DNA from: Tubulanus polymorphus
Taxonomy: Eukaryota; Animalia; Nemertea
DNA: 64,000 nt
Assembly (NCBI RefSeq): GCF_964204645.1
Contig: NC_134033.1
Coordinates: 8,998,655 to 9,062,654, forward strand
Reading direction: 5' to 3'
In this document: positions 50,701 to 58,773 of the stretch, piece by piece
Position numbering within the stretch: the stretch's first letter is position 1
How the letters are laid out: every line of letters begins with the position of its first letter
The notes under the pieces: generated by a model
What the model saw: only the letters and a program-made list of their open reading frames with translations
Database searches by the model: none
Told to the model about the DNA's origin: nothing
Position numbers and translations under genes: made by a program

Positions 50701-53655
50701 AATCGCTGTGCCCCCATAGGATGCTGCTTTATGAGTAAAAGAAAATAGCTGCTGCAAGGATTCGAACCCGTGCTATCTATTGTTTTAAGATTTCAACCAC
50801 CAATCAGAATCGTTAATACATTTGTTATAAATCAATCATCCCTTCCACAATATCAAACCGATGTTCATTTTTGCTAGAATCCTGTCCCGAAGATATCCCA
50901 GAAACCGGGAAATGCCCCTAACTTTCTTGGGGGAGGACCCCTCACTGCCCGATTTGAATTCATACCATGGTGTTCCCATTGCTTCGCCTCTTACAATACA
51001 AATGGAGCGAATTTAAATGACATGGTTTCCAGAGAAATGGCCATAATATTCAAGATCAATTTCTGTGAAATCTTAAGTTGATTTGGTTTTTGGCAGAAAT
51101 ATTTTTATTTGCACTACAGAACATAACATTGACAATTATGCAAGATTCGGGTAAAATAGCTTTTTCTCTAATGATAATAAGTCATGTGCTCGAATTGTAA
51201 AATCAATAAAATTTCATCTACAAAAAAATATAAAATTCAATTTGTGAGTTTTGTTTTATTGAACAAATTTCAGTAAATCCATTTCGATTCTTTTCCGCAT
51301 TCAAATCAATAAGACCAAGGGAAAAGATTGATCTGAGGTATTTGTCTCTGCCAGCTACGTACTTATGAAAACATGATTGTACTGTGTAAATTATATCGAC
51401 GCCGAGAGGGGAGTGTATGTTGACAAATATAACCCACTGAATGCATCATTTGCCATTCATGAAAAGCCACCAGGTTGACAATAGTGCCGTTGGGGCTCTT
51501 GTTCATCAACTGCTGTTGCGATCTGTGTAAGGGCCAGAATAAATGACCCTCACGTCCTAGATTTTCTGTGGGAGGGTCACCAGAATGCCCACCAATGTTC
51601 ACACATGCAGCCTGCACATTGCCAAATCTGCCCTTTTCAGAGTAGGTGCCCATTCCAATTTTAGGTCAAACTTCAAATAATTCTAGATCTACATTAGAAA
51701 TCCCACTTTCAACCAAAAGATGGAAAGTTCTTGAATAAATGATTTGGAGCAACTGGATTCATCCCAGAAATTTTGGGTGTTCGAACGTAATTATGGTAAA
51801 ACCATAAAACATCGAAATTATGGGAAAGTCTCAATCGAAAAACAAAATCATAGGCATTTCATTTGACTAGGTACCATACGTACGTGGTTCGCTTGTAATT
51901 TTGATGTTGGATATAATGGAGTAGGCTATTTAATTATGTATCCAAACTAATACGTAAATTTCACATATATATCCACCATCGGAATTGTTTCATTGAATAG
52001 TTTGCCATGCCTTCTATATTCATGCGCACCCATGCTGAACATCACACCCTTGCATAGTATATACACTACTGTATAGTGACGGAGTGTGATACACGCTATT
52101 GCCTAATGCTCTAGCTTTAGTGTGAATGCATTATTTCAGTGTGTTCAAATGAATTTATTATAGCAGAAGATGAGCAGTGTGTGTTTTCTGTTTCATAGAG
52201 TTTGTAATAAAACATCATTGACTAATATTTCTTGTGACCGGAAATACTAAGCAGCAAACTATTAGGCCCTATATAAACTTGCCATTCAACGTATAAGACG
52301 AGGTCATTATTTTGTGGTAAAATCCGCCGGTTTAAAATGATCCACTTATACGCCGGTGTTACAGTACATATGTCAATGTTCACGTGATTTTTTATCTACC
52401 TACCCTCCCTCGTTCCCAGGGTTGACAAAATACACTTTTGAACCAACTTTCTCCCAACTTGGTATGGATGAAAGTAGGGTGAGCCCTATTGTTTGACCTA
52501 TTTGTCACGAGGGTCCGTGGAAAACCCCAATAGGATATCCGATAGCAGAGAATCAACAACGGACGACAAGAATTCTTAAATTAAAACAAAACGAATTACA
52601 AATTTATTCCAACGTAACCTCTACAGTTAATTAGAATGGAGTTAGAGTTAGAGTTTGATCACACTTCTCCAGTGGTGAGCCGTGGTGGTATCCGAGTGAG
52701 ACGTGACCTTGATGGGTGCACACTGATCAACGTATGACGAGTCTCCCAGGATATTGCGAATGTTGACGACCGTCCGTTAGTAACTGAAATATCAGGCGCT
52801 CAGACGTTAACCGCACTAACTGACGTAGCTTGAGTACGGGAGGTTTCGAGACACGCACTCACTTGACGTATCTGAGTGGATATAATTCACAAACTAAAAG
52901 ACAACAACAATTATTGTTACGACATTTATAAGGGTCATAAACCCTGCAAACCAAACGTGCGTCTCAATTGTAATGTTATTTGATTATAATACAAAGATTT
53001 ATCCGAAGATAGAACAATACAATGGTTTATCTATTAAGCAATTTGCTTGGAATGATTATTTAGAATGAATATTAGAATAGTTTAACTTACCCCGTGAACA
53101 GCATACATGTGTTACTATACTACACCCAATACGGTGTCCTAACAGCTGGACGGGTTTGTCGTGTCTAGTGAAACGACGCTTAAACCAAATCTTATATAGA
53201 ATTGACCGCTAGGGTTGAATGGTCACATTGAGAAAGGTGCGCCGATCCCAACAAACACACAGCTAGCTATAAGCTATGCATGCATGCAGAATGCATGAAT
53301 ATATGCAGAATGCATGAATATATGAAGTTATGAATGCAAGGTCGTGACACTATTCACATCATCTATGATGGCTGCCTTTGTCATATTTGTAGAGCCTTCA
53401 TATTTCGGTCGAGGGGTTTTGTTTAGTGTAGCTGTAAGAATTCTTATTCAAAAATGACAAAGAATTTTGCTTGCCTGCCTGGTTATTTTCAGGGTTTCAC
53501 AAATGAGAAACAAGGTATCATTGGCCTTATATTCTACATGATTTCTACCCTACAATTTTTCTTCATTTCAGACTTATGCACTGATTTGTGATTCAGTCAA
53601 ACAGATGAACAATGTTTTCGATGAGATCAAATCCCGAGATGATGTTTCAAACTAG
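14679..53655 (+). CDS. MYCBPAP: MYCBP-associated protein (AMAP-1/FAP147-like), multi-exon gene span
   Basis: Spliced exons give a continuous frame of about 890 aa. Motifs collinear with vertebrate MYCBPAP as I recall it: SHSILGNVDEF, LKNWRAKM, EEERYLIDRTIP, SEFWNQQECIGDDLTG, IGPSLLF, IVNNGTTTIYYDWK, QRFYFD, GVILPG, TPERSRSPVDAYIT, WNLDL, MVGQSMRLRKTMGLP, KYREKLYLQ. All junctions are GT-AG and phase-consistent. The start exon is uncertain. Confidence 0.93.
15626..16016 (+). CDS. MYCBPAP: Candidate N-terminal exon 1b (MEKSRGGNE...SGHAHHL), 130 codons
   Basis: Longest ORF in the track; in-frame TGA at 15611; ends c|gtaagg in phase 1. Confidence 0.6.
16718..17580 (+). mobile_element. Internally deleted hAT-like transposon with a 6-bp TSD and transposase N-terminal relic
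   Basis: Perfect TIR cagagatgctag / ctagcatctctg; GTTAAT on both flanks; broken frame from 17189 reads KNKFNWHWLE...AYCVVCKDQVKYGSGGKKDILGHPDSARH (CxxC-H-H BED-like finger). Confidence 0.85.
18208..18520. mobile_element. TATGGG...CCCATA-bounded element carrying a 22-23-bp minisatellite
   Basis: tatggggtgccttgtgg / ccacacggtgccccata; internal tgtcgagatttttctat-type units at about 18330-18500. Confidence 0.6.
19669..19768 (+). CDS. MYCBPAP: Candidate N-terminal exon 1c (MSARRQSRITGSNVPQNQLLTVIPVVSQRRGSI)
   Basis: ATG with an upstream in-frame TGA (19624), 100 nt, ends c|gtaagt in phase 1, 548 nt before the first shared exon. Confidence 0.65.
20317..20477 (+). CDS. MYCBPAP: MYCBPAP exon (KLKGKKRDGTPDK...IASLQIKEEDLAK)
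   Basis: ttttttcag acceptor, gttgtt donor, phase 1 to 0. Confidence 0.88.
20854..21374. mobile_element. Harbinger/PIF (Tourist-like) MITE
   Basis: 24-bp TIR ggggccgtgcataaagtacgtacg (one extra C at the right end); TTA on both flanks. Confidence 0.9.
22058..22167 (+). CDS. MYCBPAP: MYCBPAP exon (IREPRPP...YTVRKLKPVSEWDLPKPK)
   Basis: tacag / gtgagt, phase 0 to 2; RKLKP motif. Confidence 0.9.
22371..22536 (+). CDS. MYCBPAP: MYCBPAP exon (IHVLKQAPPDAP...SHSILGNVDEFMHEAVKRGHVE)
   Basis: gatag / gtaaaa, phase 2 to 0. Confidence 0.9.
23007..23187 (+). CDS. MYCBPAP: MYCBPAP exon (NIPLPQSQ...ALKNWRAKMLERKRQQGYIS)
   Basis: Branch point ctaac, tcatag / gtatgt, phase 0 to 1. Confidence 0.9.
23408..23900 (+). 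mobile_element. Degenerate copy of HINE-like family A
   Basis: tttttatgccccggtctcaacttttagctga start and internal gtctagaggccgcaattgtt repeats shared with 54624-55199. Confidence 0.7.
24268..24625. mobile_element. MITE (aggccac...cttgtttctc family; second member at 59890-60325)
   Basis: caagaaatccttgtttctc inverted with gagaaacagggttttcttg. Confidence 0.6.
24790..25630 (+). repeat. Degenerate tandem array, unit about 125 bp
   Basis: Recurring aaacttgg...atgggg...ccatgga...cttccaatatggc...gacatcttgaatttct unit; same unit at 30965-31740. Confidence 0.75.
25866..25985 (+). CDS. MYCBPAP: MYCBPAP exon (LLQKPAESLVMN...IDRTIPAIDYGKG)
   Basis: tacag / gtaagt, phase 1 to 1. Confidence 0.92.
26022..26311. 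mobile_element. piggyBac-type MITE
   Basis: TTAA|ccctttcagtgc ... gcactgaaaggg|TTAA, perfect 12-bp TIR. Confidence 0.9.
27286..27349 (+). CDS. MYCBPAP: MYCBPAP exon (RVGSEFWNQQECIGDDLTGI)
   Basis: tttgcag / gtgagt, phase 1 to 2. Confidence 0.92.
27527..27609 (+). CDS. MYCBPAP: MYCBPAP exon (MTLRQTDKGYPPPIEHVGVPITVKEEK)
   Basis: tgacag / gtttgt, phase 2 to 1. Confidence 0.9.
28400..28790 (+). pseudogene. hAT transposase C-terminal dimerisation-domain relic
   Basis: TWVYIFNNSNSDKWQHVLTLIELIFS*PVLHAKME / FSKSKWVKSVKRRCLSE / ILTMTEEG with a stop and frameshifts; possible decayed ends near 27781 and 28931. Confidence 0.7.
28998..29250 (+). CDS. MYCBPAP: MYCBPAP exon (IDWESRCSTP...MDPHKPVMKRLEIVG...EVNNI)
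   Basis: tttcag acceptor; donor gtaatg at 29251 chosen because it gives the required phase 2, so the 3' end is less certain. Confidence 0.8.
30965..31740 (+). repeat. Second array of the 125-bp unit
   Basis: Units at about 30970, 31520 and 31646. Confidence 0.8.
31981..32203 (+). CDS. MYCBPAP: MYCBPAP exon (DPLSDHPDV...IVNNGTTTIYYDWK), start of Ig-like/ASH-type domain
   Basis: tttgtag / gtaatc, phase 2 to 0. Confidence 0.93.
32911..32983 (+). CDS. MYCBPAP: MYCBPAP exon (SIEKTNPFDIVNAKVQRFYFDTSP)
   Basis: tttcag / gtaagt, phase 0 to 1. Confidence 0.93.
33461..33648 (+). CDS. MYCBPAP: MYCBPAP exon (GVILPGDSLKFPFIFKSPNAGVFTEQWQF...KRIELE)
   Basis: tttcag / gttaga, phase 1 to 0. Confidence 0.93.
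33912..34378. mobile_element. piggyBac-type MITE (older copy)
   Basis: TTAA|ccctttcaatgc ... gcactgaaatgg|TTAA. Confidence 0.75.
34565..34711 (+). CDS. MYCBPAP: MYCBPAP exon (TELAGKQA...TPERSRSPVDAYITDAEIFERQNPG)
   Basis: tttcag / gtaagt, phase 0 to 0. Confidence 0.93.
35260..37656 (+). mobile_element. Full-length HINE/Helentron-like non-autonomous element, family B
   Basis: 5' T-run, subTIR ggccagcc and hairpin agccgtaggct; 3' subTIR ggctggcc, stem-loop gccccttggggc, tcttgtt end; internal duplication of about 155 bp at 37209-37511. Confidence 0.75.
38117..38787. mobile_element. Long-TIR (about 100 bp) non-autonomous DNA element
   Basis: ggaatcgcagaat...ttttcactata...ggtttttc inverted with aaaaacctgg...tatagtgaaa...attctgcgattcc. 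Confidence 0.7.
40738..40860. repeat. Tandem repeat, unit about 50 bp (gattgcctc), 2.5 copies
   Basis: gattgcctc at about 40739, 40789 and 40841. Confidence 0.7.
41175..41288 (+). CDS. MYCBPAP: MYCBPAP exon (RYFSHETIESLHVLYHELIP...WNLDLNTLED)
   Basis: ctcag / gtaagt, phase 0 to 0. Confidence 0.9.
41613..41737 (+). CDS. MYCBPAP: MYCBPAP exon (MIVDLDEEDERKEDLLQRLN...QQQMYNV)
   Basis: tttcag / gtaagt, phase 0 to 2. Confidence 0.92.
42328..42434 (+). CDS. MYCBPAP: MYCBPAP exon (YRYLSDAIDTMVGQSMRLRKTMGLPDHEDIITEEP)
   Basis: cttag / gtaagt, phase 2 to 1. Confidence 0.92.
43551..43610 (+). CDS. MYCBPAP: MYCBPAP 60-nt symmetric exon (RAGSESPAESVLSQESHLS)
   Basis: Branch point tactaac, tgtag / gtaaaa, phase 1 to 1, open frame. 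Confidence 0.75.
44537..44548 (+). CDS. MYCBPAP: MYCBPAP 12-nt micro-exon (ETSQ)
   Basis: tactaat branch point, ttttcacctattttag|AAACATCACAAG|gtaaat, phase 1 to 1. Confidence 0.6.
45176..45205 (+). CDS. MYCBPAP: MYCBPAP 30-nt exon (ASKQPEQPAK)
   Basis: ttttgcag / gtaagt, phase 1 to 1. Confidence 0.75.
46731..47506 (+). mobile_element. Young Harbinger deletion derivative retaining a MADF/Myb-SANT ORF fragment
   Basis: 47-bp TIR with 1 mismatch, TAA TSD; ORF 47124-47342 KLVELWCERPSLYDVASTLYSKQNQKDKDLKEIA fits the MADF pattern. Confidence 0.92.
48706..48726 (+). CDS. MYCBPAP: Possible 21-nt micro-exon (KQKNMEP)
   Basis: tatag|AGCAAAAGAATATGGAGCCAA|gttagt, phase 1 to 1; weak polypyrimidine tract. 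Confidence 0.35.
49007..49092 (+). CDS. MYCBPAP: MYCBPAP Lys-rich exon (DSKKGGKKDVK...KPAKGKE)
   Basis: cttacag / gtacgt, phase 1 to 0. Confidence 0.88.
49171..49533. mobile_element. Tc1/mariner-pogo-type MITE
   Basis: cgtattttccagtgta ... acaccggaaaatacagta; tataagtcga subterminal motifs; related fragments at about 35140-35236, 52285-52366 and 58795. Confidence 0.7.
49952..50137 (+). CDS. MYCBPAP: MYCBPAP exon (TSVKDAQKG...KYREKLYLQ)
   Basis: ttacag / gtaaaa, phase 0 to 0. Confidence 0.88.
50995..51503 (+). mobile_element. Internally deleted HINE family B copy
   Basis: tacaaatggagcgaatttaaatgacatggtttcca start; gccgttggggctcttgtt end. Confidence 0.75.
52503..53349 (-). mobile_element. Solo LTR (847 bp), Gypsy/BEL type, in the last intron
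   Basis: TGTCACGA ... TCGTGACA termini; perfect 5-bp TSD CTATT; minus-strand TATATAA (about 53195) and AATAAA (about 52605). Confidence 0.88.
53572..53655 (+). CDS. MYCBPAP: MYCBPAP terminal coding exon (TYALICDSVKQMNNVFDEIKSRDDVSN*)
   Basis: Strong polypyrimidine acceptor ttttcttcatttcag; TAG TAG stop. Confidence 0.88.
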   Translation, partial: TYALICDSVKQMNNVFDEIKSRDDVSN

Positions 53656-54459
53656 TAGCATAGAGGATATTTATCACAAAGGATAATATTTTAAGATTTT
53701 GTTGTACAACTTAAAGACGATTCGTGCTATCCATGATGAGAAATGCAGGTCACTTCATCCTGACATGCACATGTTTCGACAAAGCTGATTATTCCGTCCT
53801 ATTCTTTTCGGAGTTTAGATTTTTACATTTTTGTGAATTTTGTTTGTATCTCTTATTTTTGTGACTCGAAATGTATCTTCTTGATTTTTCTCAAAAGAAT
53901 TGTGATCACTTTTTTAGCCCAACAGGCTTTTGCACTCACTTTCAGGCTGTCGGTATAATCAGCTATTTTGAGAGGTTTTCAACACATTTTGATCCATTGT
54001 CGTGATATTTGGTTTACACATCCTATAATGGTTTTGACCGATATTGCGTGGTTACTATAGCCCCTTGTTCTAGTTAGCCTATGCCATCTGTGCACCAGGA
54101 ACCATATCCATATAGCTTGGAATTTGAAGTCCGGTTGTGACAAAAACATCTACATGTATAACCATATTTATCTAAGCTCAGATTCCACAAATTTCATGGT
54201 CTCAAAATATCTCTGATATCATAGGAAATCTGATATTATAGGAAATTGCAACTTGGAGTGTCTAACTTTCAAAATATTCTGGGGAGAACCCTCACTTAGA
54301 CCTCAAATTCCATCAGGACAGTTCTATGAGTGAGCTTCATAGTCAGTAGTTTCTTTTTATGTTCACCAGTAGGCATTGAATATTGTTGAGCATTTCAAAC
54401 CACTTCCCAAGTGGATGTAGTTTCCCATGGACCCCTGCTTTAATTTGAAAATGAATATA

Positions 54460-55378
54460 AGCTACTACACTAGAATTTTGTACGCGGGTGGTTTATGTAT
54501 CTCCTCTACGCTTGAAACACAGATTCAATGCAGAGTTTTTCCGCAAAACCTGGGTTTTAGAAACCCTTCTTGAAAAAGAAGGGTACACTCCGCATTGAGC
54601 CCGCATTCGCATTGAACTTAGCATTTTTATGCCCCCGGCTCAACTTTAGTTGAGAGGGGGCATATAGATTTACCCCTGTCTGTATACGCCGCCGTCTCCG
54701 TCGCCGCAAGTGACGTTAACAGTCTAGAGGCCGTAATTGTTGACCGATTGATTTCAAATTTGGTACATAAGTAGGATATCACTTGGGCCAGAACTTTATT
54801 TAAAATTGCGTCGATTTGATTTAAATTATGGCCACCAGGTGGCCGACATGAAAAACGACGTTAACAGCCTAGAGGCCGCAATTGTTGACCAATTGTTTTA
54901 AAACTTGGTACACAAGTAGGATATCTATTCGATTTAAATTTCAGCCACCAGGGGGCCAACATGAAAAACCACGTTAACATCCTTTTCTTATTGACACATG
55001 CTTTTGTATAATACATTTGTATATGCTGCAATGGAACCAATTTGTCCTCTCTATCTGGGTATCTGTCCTCTATAGGCTACAGTTGACAATAGGGGCTAGG
55101 AAGCCCGTTATGAAATAATTCCAGGGACAAACCCTGTAAATTCACATATGCCTGTAAATTTCAGGCCGGGGGCATTCGAGGCTTTGCCTCATTCTAGTTT
55201 GATAGTGTAAACAGTGAACCTGTGTTCAATGCAGCATTAGGGCGCCACAATTGACCTTGAACTTGCACTACATATGTTGATTCTTACTACCGAAACTGCG
55301 TTAAGTGTAGACGCTACTCACTGCAAACGCGGGCTTTCGTTGAACCCGGGTACAACGCGCTAGTGTAGACGTGGTTAT
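54460..55378. mobile_element. Old Harbinger-like MITE interrupted by a HINE
   Basis: ctacactag..ttgtacgcggg inverted with cccgggtacaa..ctagtgtag. Confidence 0.55.
54624..55199 (+). mobile_element. Intact HINE/DINE-1-like element, family A
   Basis: ttttt, subTIR atgcccccggc, hairpin ctcaactttagttgag, inner IR gggggcat, 146-bp internal repeats, 3' subTIR gccgggggcat, stem-loop gaggctttgcctc, ctagtt. Confidence 0.85.
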
Positions 55379-56659
55379 AAGTGGTAAAATCTCGTGTGCC
55401 CAGAGGCAAAGGGCAGTCTACTGTATTGTAAAGAACAAGAATGAATGGTTAATGTAATCAAAGATAGATGAAGCAAGCTGACCTGCAAAAGCTTTTTAGT
55501 AATTTATTATTTCAGCGCATTAAAAATATTGAGTTTTCTCAGTTTGGCTTAACACACTCTTTTCAATGGATTTTTCCGGTTACATTTTTACTTAATGGAT
55601 TTCAAACTGACATTTTTTAGTATGGGAGATGAAGCTGGTAGAAATTCGATTCATACAATTGGCGAGCCATATGGACTTTCTTGGTACCGGCACTGTTGGA
55701 AAGACAGCATCTTGGGGTTTCAAACACTGGGTGTTATCAGCCTGATAACAGGCGCAGATTTACAATAATCGGTGGTCAAGGTGAAGGTGGTCAGTGCTTC
55801 TCTCCTTTCAGTTTACCTTACTTTTGAGCATCAACTAAATCAGCAATAACTCGTAAAATTTGATTTTCAAAATTTCTACTATCTATATCGGGCATTTTCA
55901 CCTACATCGCAATTGTATTGATGGAGTCTCAGCTATATGCAACAATGTCAGTTTTGCCATGGGAAAATCGGCCAAATTTAGACCTACAGATTTTCCCATA
56001 GACAGAGCAAAGGGAAACTGCACCATCTGTTAGAGGGGCAGAAGCACTGAGCTTCCTAACTGCCTTCAAGTCCAGAAACTCTGCTTAACTGAAAATTCTG
56101 GCACCATTCTTACGTAGATGATGCCAGGTAGTCTGGTCTTTGGCATGGACATACTACCTTGTGAATCAAATCCGATTTTGCTTGAGCAGTGTCAGATATC
56201 AATACATCAACCATTACTTAAGCGGTCTTTTTGTTTTATTCAACAGGTGACGGCACTAGACAGAGTTTACAATATAGTATGCAAACATACATGGCACTCA
56301 ATTTTTAGATCATGAAAATTACTATATGACCTTTACTCAAATTTTTACAGTTTACAATTACCACAAAAATGCCAATCAATACCATGAGACCTTATTATAT
56401 AAACTCTTTCAAGATAATTCAACTGTTGAACCATACATCCACTTGTTATGTTAAACACAACTAACTCATAAAACTTATCCAGCCAATGAAAGCCAGTATG
56501 AAAACACCAAAATGTAAATACAATTGAGTGATCAACAACTTTATGACCACAAAAACAATTAAAAATTGATATAAACTACAAAAATAACTCAACTGCAAAC
56601 AATACAACACAAATAAGTTCTAAACTAATGAAGTTTTATTGTATGTGATATTTCACTTA

Positions 56660-57480
56660 ATATACTCCTTTAAGTAAGGGTTTTCGATACTCTGCCTGAC
56701 CTAGTTATCCATTCAGGCTGAACAGAACGCTCCACGGGCTTACCTACAGGTTGGGAATTTCCAAGGTTATATATCGACAGGGGATTTCTTAGCTACCGAT
56801 TATTTCACCGATACCTGAATGTAATACAACTTCACAATCGGGAAATTTTCGCGCCACCTTTTCTCCAGTTTTCCGAAGATGCGCACAGTTACATCAATAT
56901 TTACCTCCCTCGGTTATATTGATCCGCGATATCGGTCATAGGTATATTGTTAACGGCACTGACCTTTGCCGGATCGGTTTTTAAACCATCACGATGAAAA
57001 GTCCACAATACTTGATCTCTGGTTTTGTAAGATCAATTCTTCAGATTTAACGTTGTACCATTAGGCCTCTTGACGTTATAAGCATCTGCCTATTAAGACG
57101 CATCGTCTCCCCAAACTATTATATCGTCCACGATACATTCGATGGAAGATAAATCACCATATATTGTATTCATACGTTTGGAGAATTACTTCAGGAGCTA
57201 AGCTGAGCGGTAATCTGAGAAATTTATAGCGGCTGAATGGAGTATTGAAGGTAGTCAATTTGAGCTAGCTTCGTCCAATTTGATCTGCCAAAAACCGAAT
57301 ATGGCATTCCCACACTTTGCAGCTCCAGTCAACCCGATATACTGCGCCCACATCAGTGCAGAACGATTTTGGCCCACTCTGTATGCTCGTCAACCTTCAC
57401 GATTTCCTCTCCTCGCTCCATTTCATCAAGTTCAGCCGAGAATGACCATTCGTCCATTGTGATGCCACAGCAGCAAATGG
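56660..57480 (-). mobile_element. Gypsy-type LTR retrotransposon pol relic
   Basis: AELDEMERGEEIVKVDEHTEW; FGFWQIKLDEASS / TTFNTPFSRYKFLRLP..APEV / FSKRMNTIYGDLSSIECIVDDIIVWG (RT); then YNVKRPNGT and TRSGRVSK..YLKEY (pol C-terminus). Confidence 0.88.
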
Positions 57481-57939
57481 ATGAGACCTATGACTTCTCG
57501 TGCTGTAAGATGGATGACATTATCAAGGTTTGTCTAATATTCTGGATTGATTAGAAACAGCTAGTTGCAAATTATAAGATAATGCTAGGTGGCAGCTATG
57601 TCCTATGCATAGCTTGCGTAAAGGCACAAAGTGACAGGTTAATTATAACTCTGTTCTATACCACGATAACAGGGGCACAAGTGAAATGATTAACTGTACG
57701 ATTTGGAATGAAACGCTATCGTTCTCTATATGTGTTCCATTCCGCGGTTCCTTTCTCTCGTGATGTTTCCTCTCGAAATTATCCTCGCTTGCTTGGGTCA
57801 AATTGCCGCCCACTGGAGCTCATGCCAATACAAAGCATGGCCACTAACCCTTTTCATTGGTCTCTTACATCGCCCACGATTTCTTGGGCGTACAGCTGGT
57901 TCCCGCCTAGCGTTTGAAATTTTGTAGTTAATAATATCT

Positions 57940-58773
57940 TATGGGTCTTGCTTAAGTACGAAGCGACGAAATTACGACATGCATAACGAAATTACGAATC
58001 GTTAATTTTTTGCGAGTAGTGCTAAAGTACGAAACGAAATGGTCATATTTCAAACACGACCATGCTATGGTCAAAGCTCGTTAACGCCACAGGACCGTCA
58101 AAATTTTGGCGGTAAGCTACATGTAAATGATATTGATCAAAGTATTCAAGAATTTATGTTCTTAAACTGGAAGGTTTGCCTATTGGCATTTTGAAGACGG
58201 TCCCAAAGTTGATATGATTAATATACATCGGAATCTGTAGTGTGTGGTCATTTCATTTCCTCCATCGTGGATCTGATCCATATGGTGGCTGATTCGGGCC
58301 ATACTAAAAAAATTTTCTGTACGGCTAAAGCACCGATAAAAAATTTTTCACATTGGCCCGTTTTTTGGTTTTCTAGCGCGAGAATTCAAAACAACTTCTG
58401 GTTTTCTCTGCAGTCCAATAACATTTTTTGATCTAGTGGTCATTTCTATGGCTGCCAGGTCTGTCATTGTATGCCTGATAAGGGTTTTAAAGATGTAATG
58501 TACAGGGCAGATAGGCGGCCAGGGGATTTGAACCTGATGATATCGCTTAACTAGGCCACGGTACGGAACCCTGCCACACTAGACTGGGTGCCTATGTTAA
58601 AGCCAGAGTCCACTGCTGTAGCGAAAAAAAATAATTTTGTTTCGTATTTCACTCCAGCAGGACACGCGAAAGAATGGCCATTTCGTAGTTGAGCATTTCG
58701 TTTCGTACTTTTAACATTTCGTAATTTCGTTCCATATTTCGTAACTTCGTACTTTAGAAGTATGGTACCCATA
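57940..58773. mobile_element. TATGGG...CCCATA DNA element with tacgaa subterminal repeats and 3-bp TSD TCT
   Basis: Inverted arrays of aagtacgaa/ttacgaa versus ttcgtac/ttcgtaa; TCT on both flanks. Confidence 0.7.
58510..58565 (-). mobile_element. tRNA-derived SINE head relic
   Basis: Minus strand ccgtggcctagttaagcg...ggttcaaatccc (A/B-box like); no cloverleaf. Confidence 0.4.

Noticed and set aside
50745-50775. tRNA gene (ggattcgaaccc, reversed B-box; also near 60360 and 35752)
   Set aside because: Only an isolated B-box or T-arm; no A-box at the right spacing and no cloverleaf
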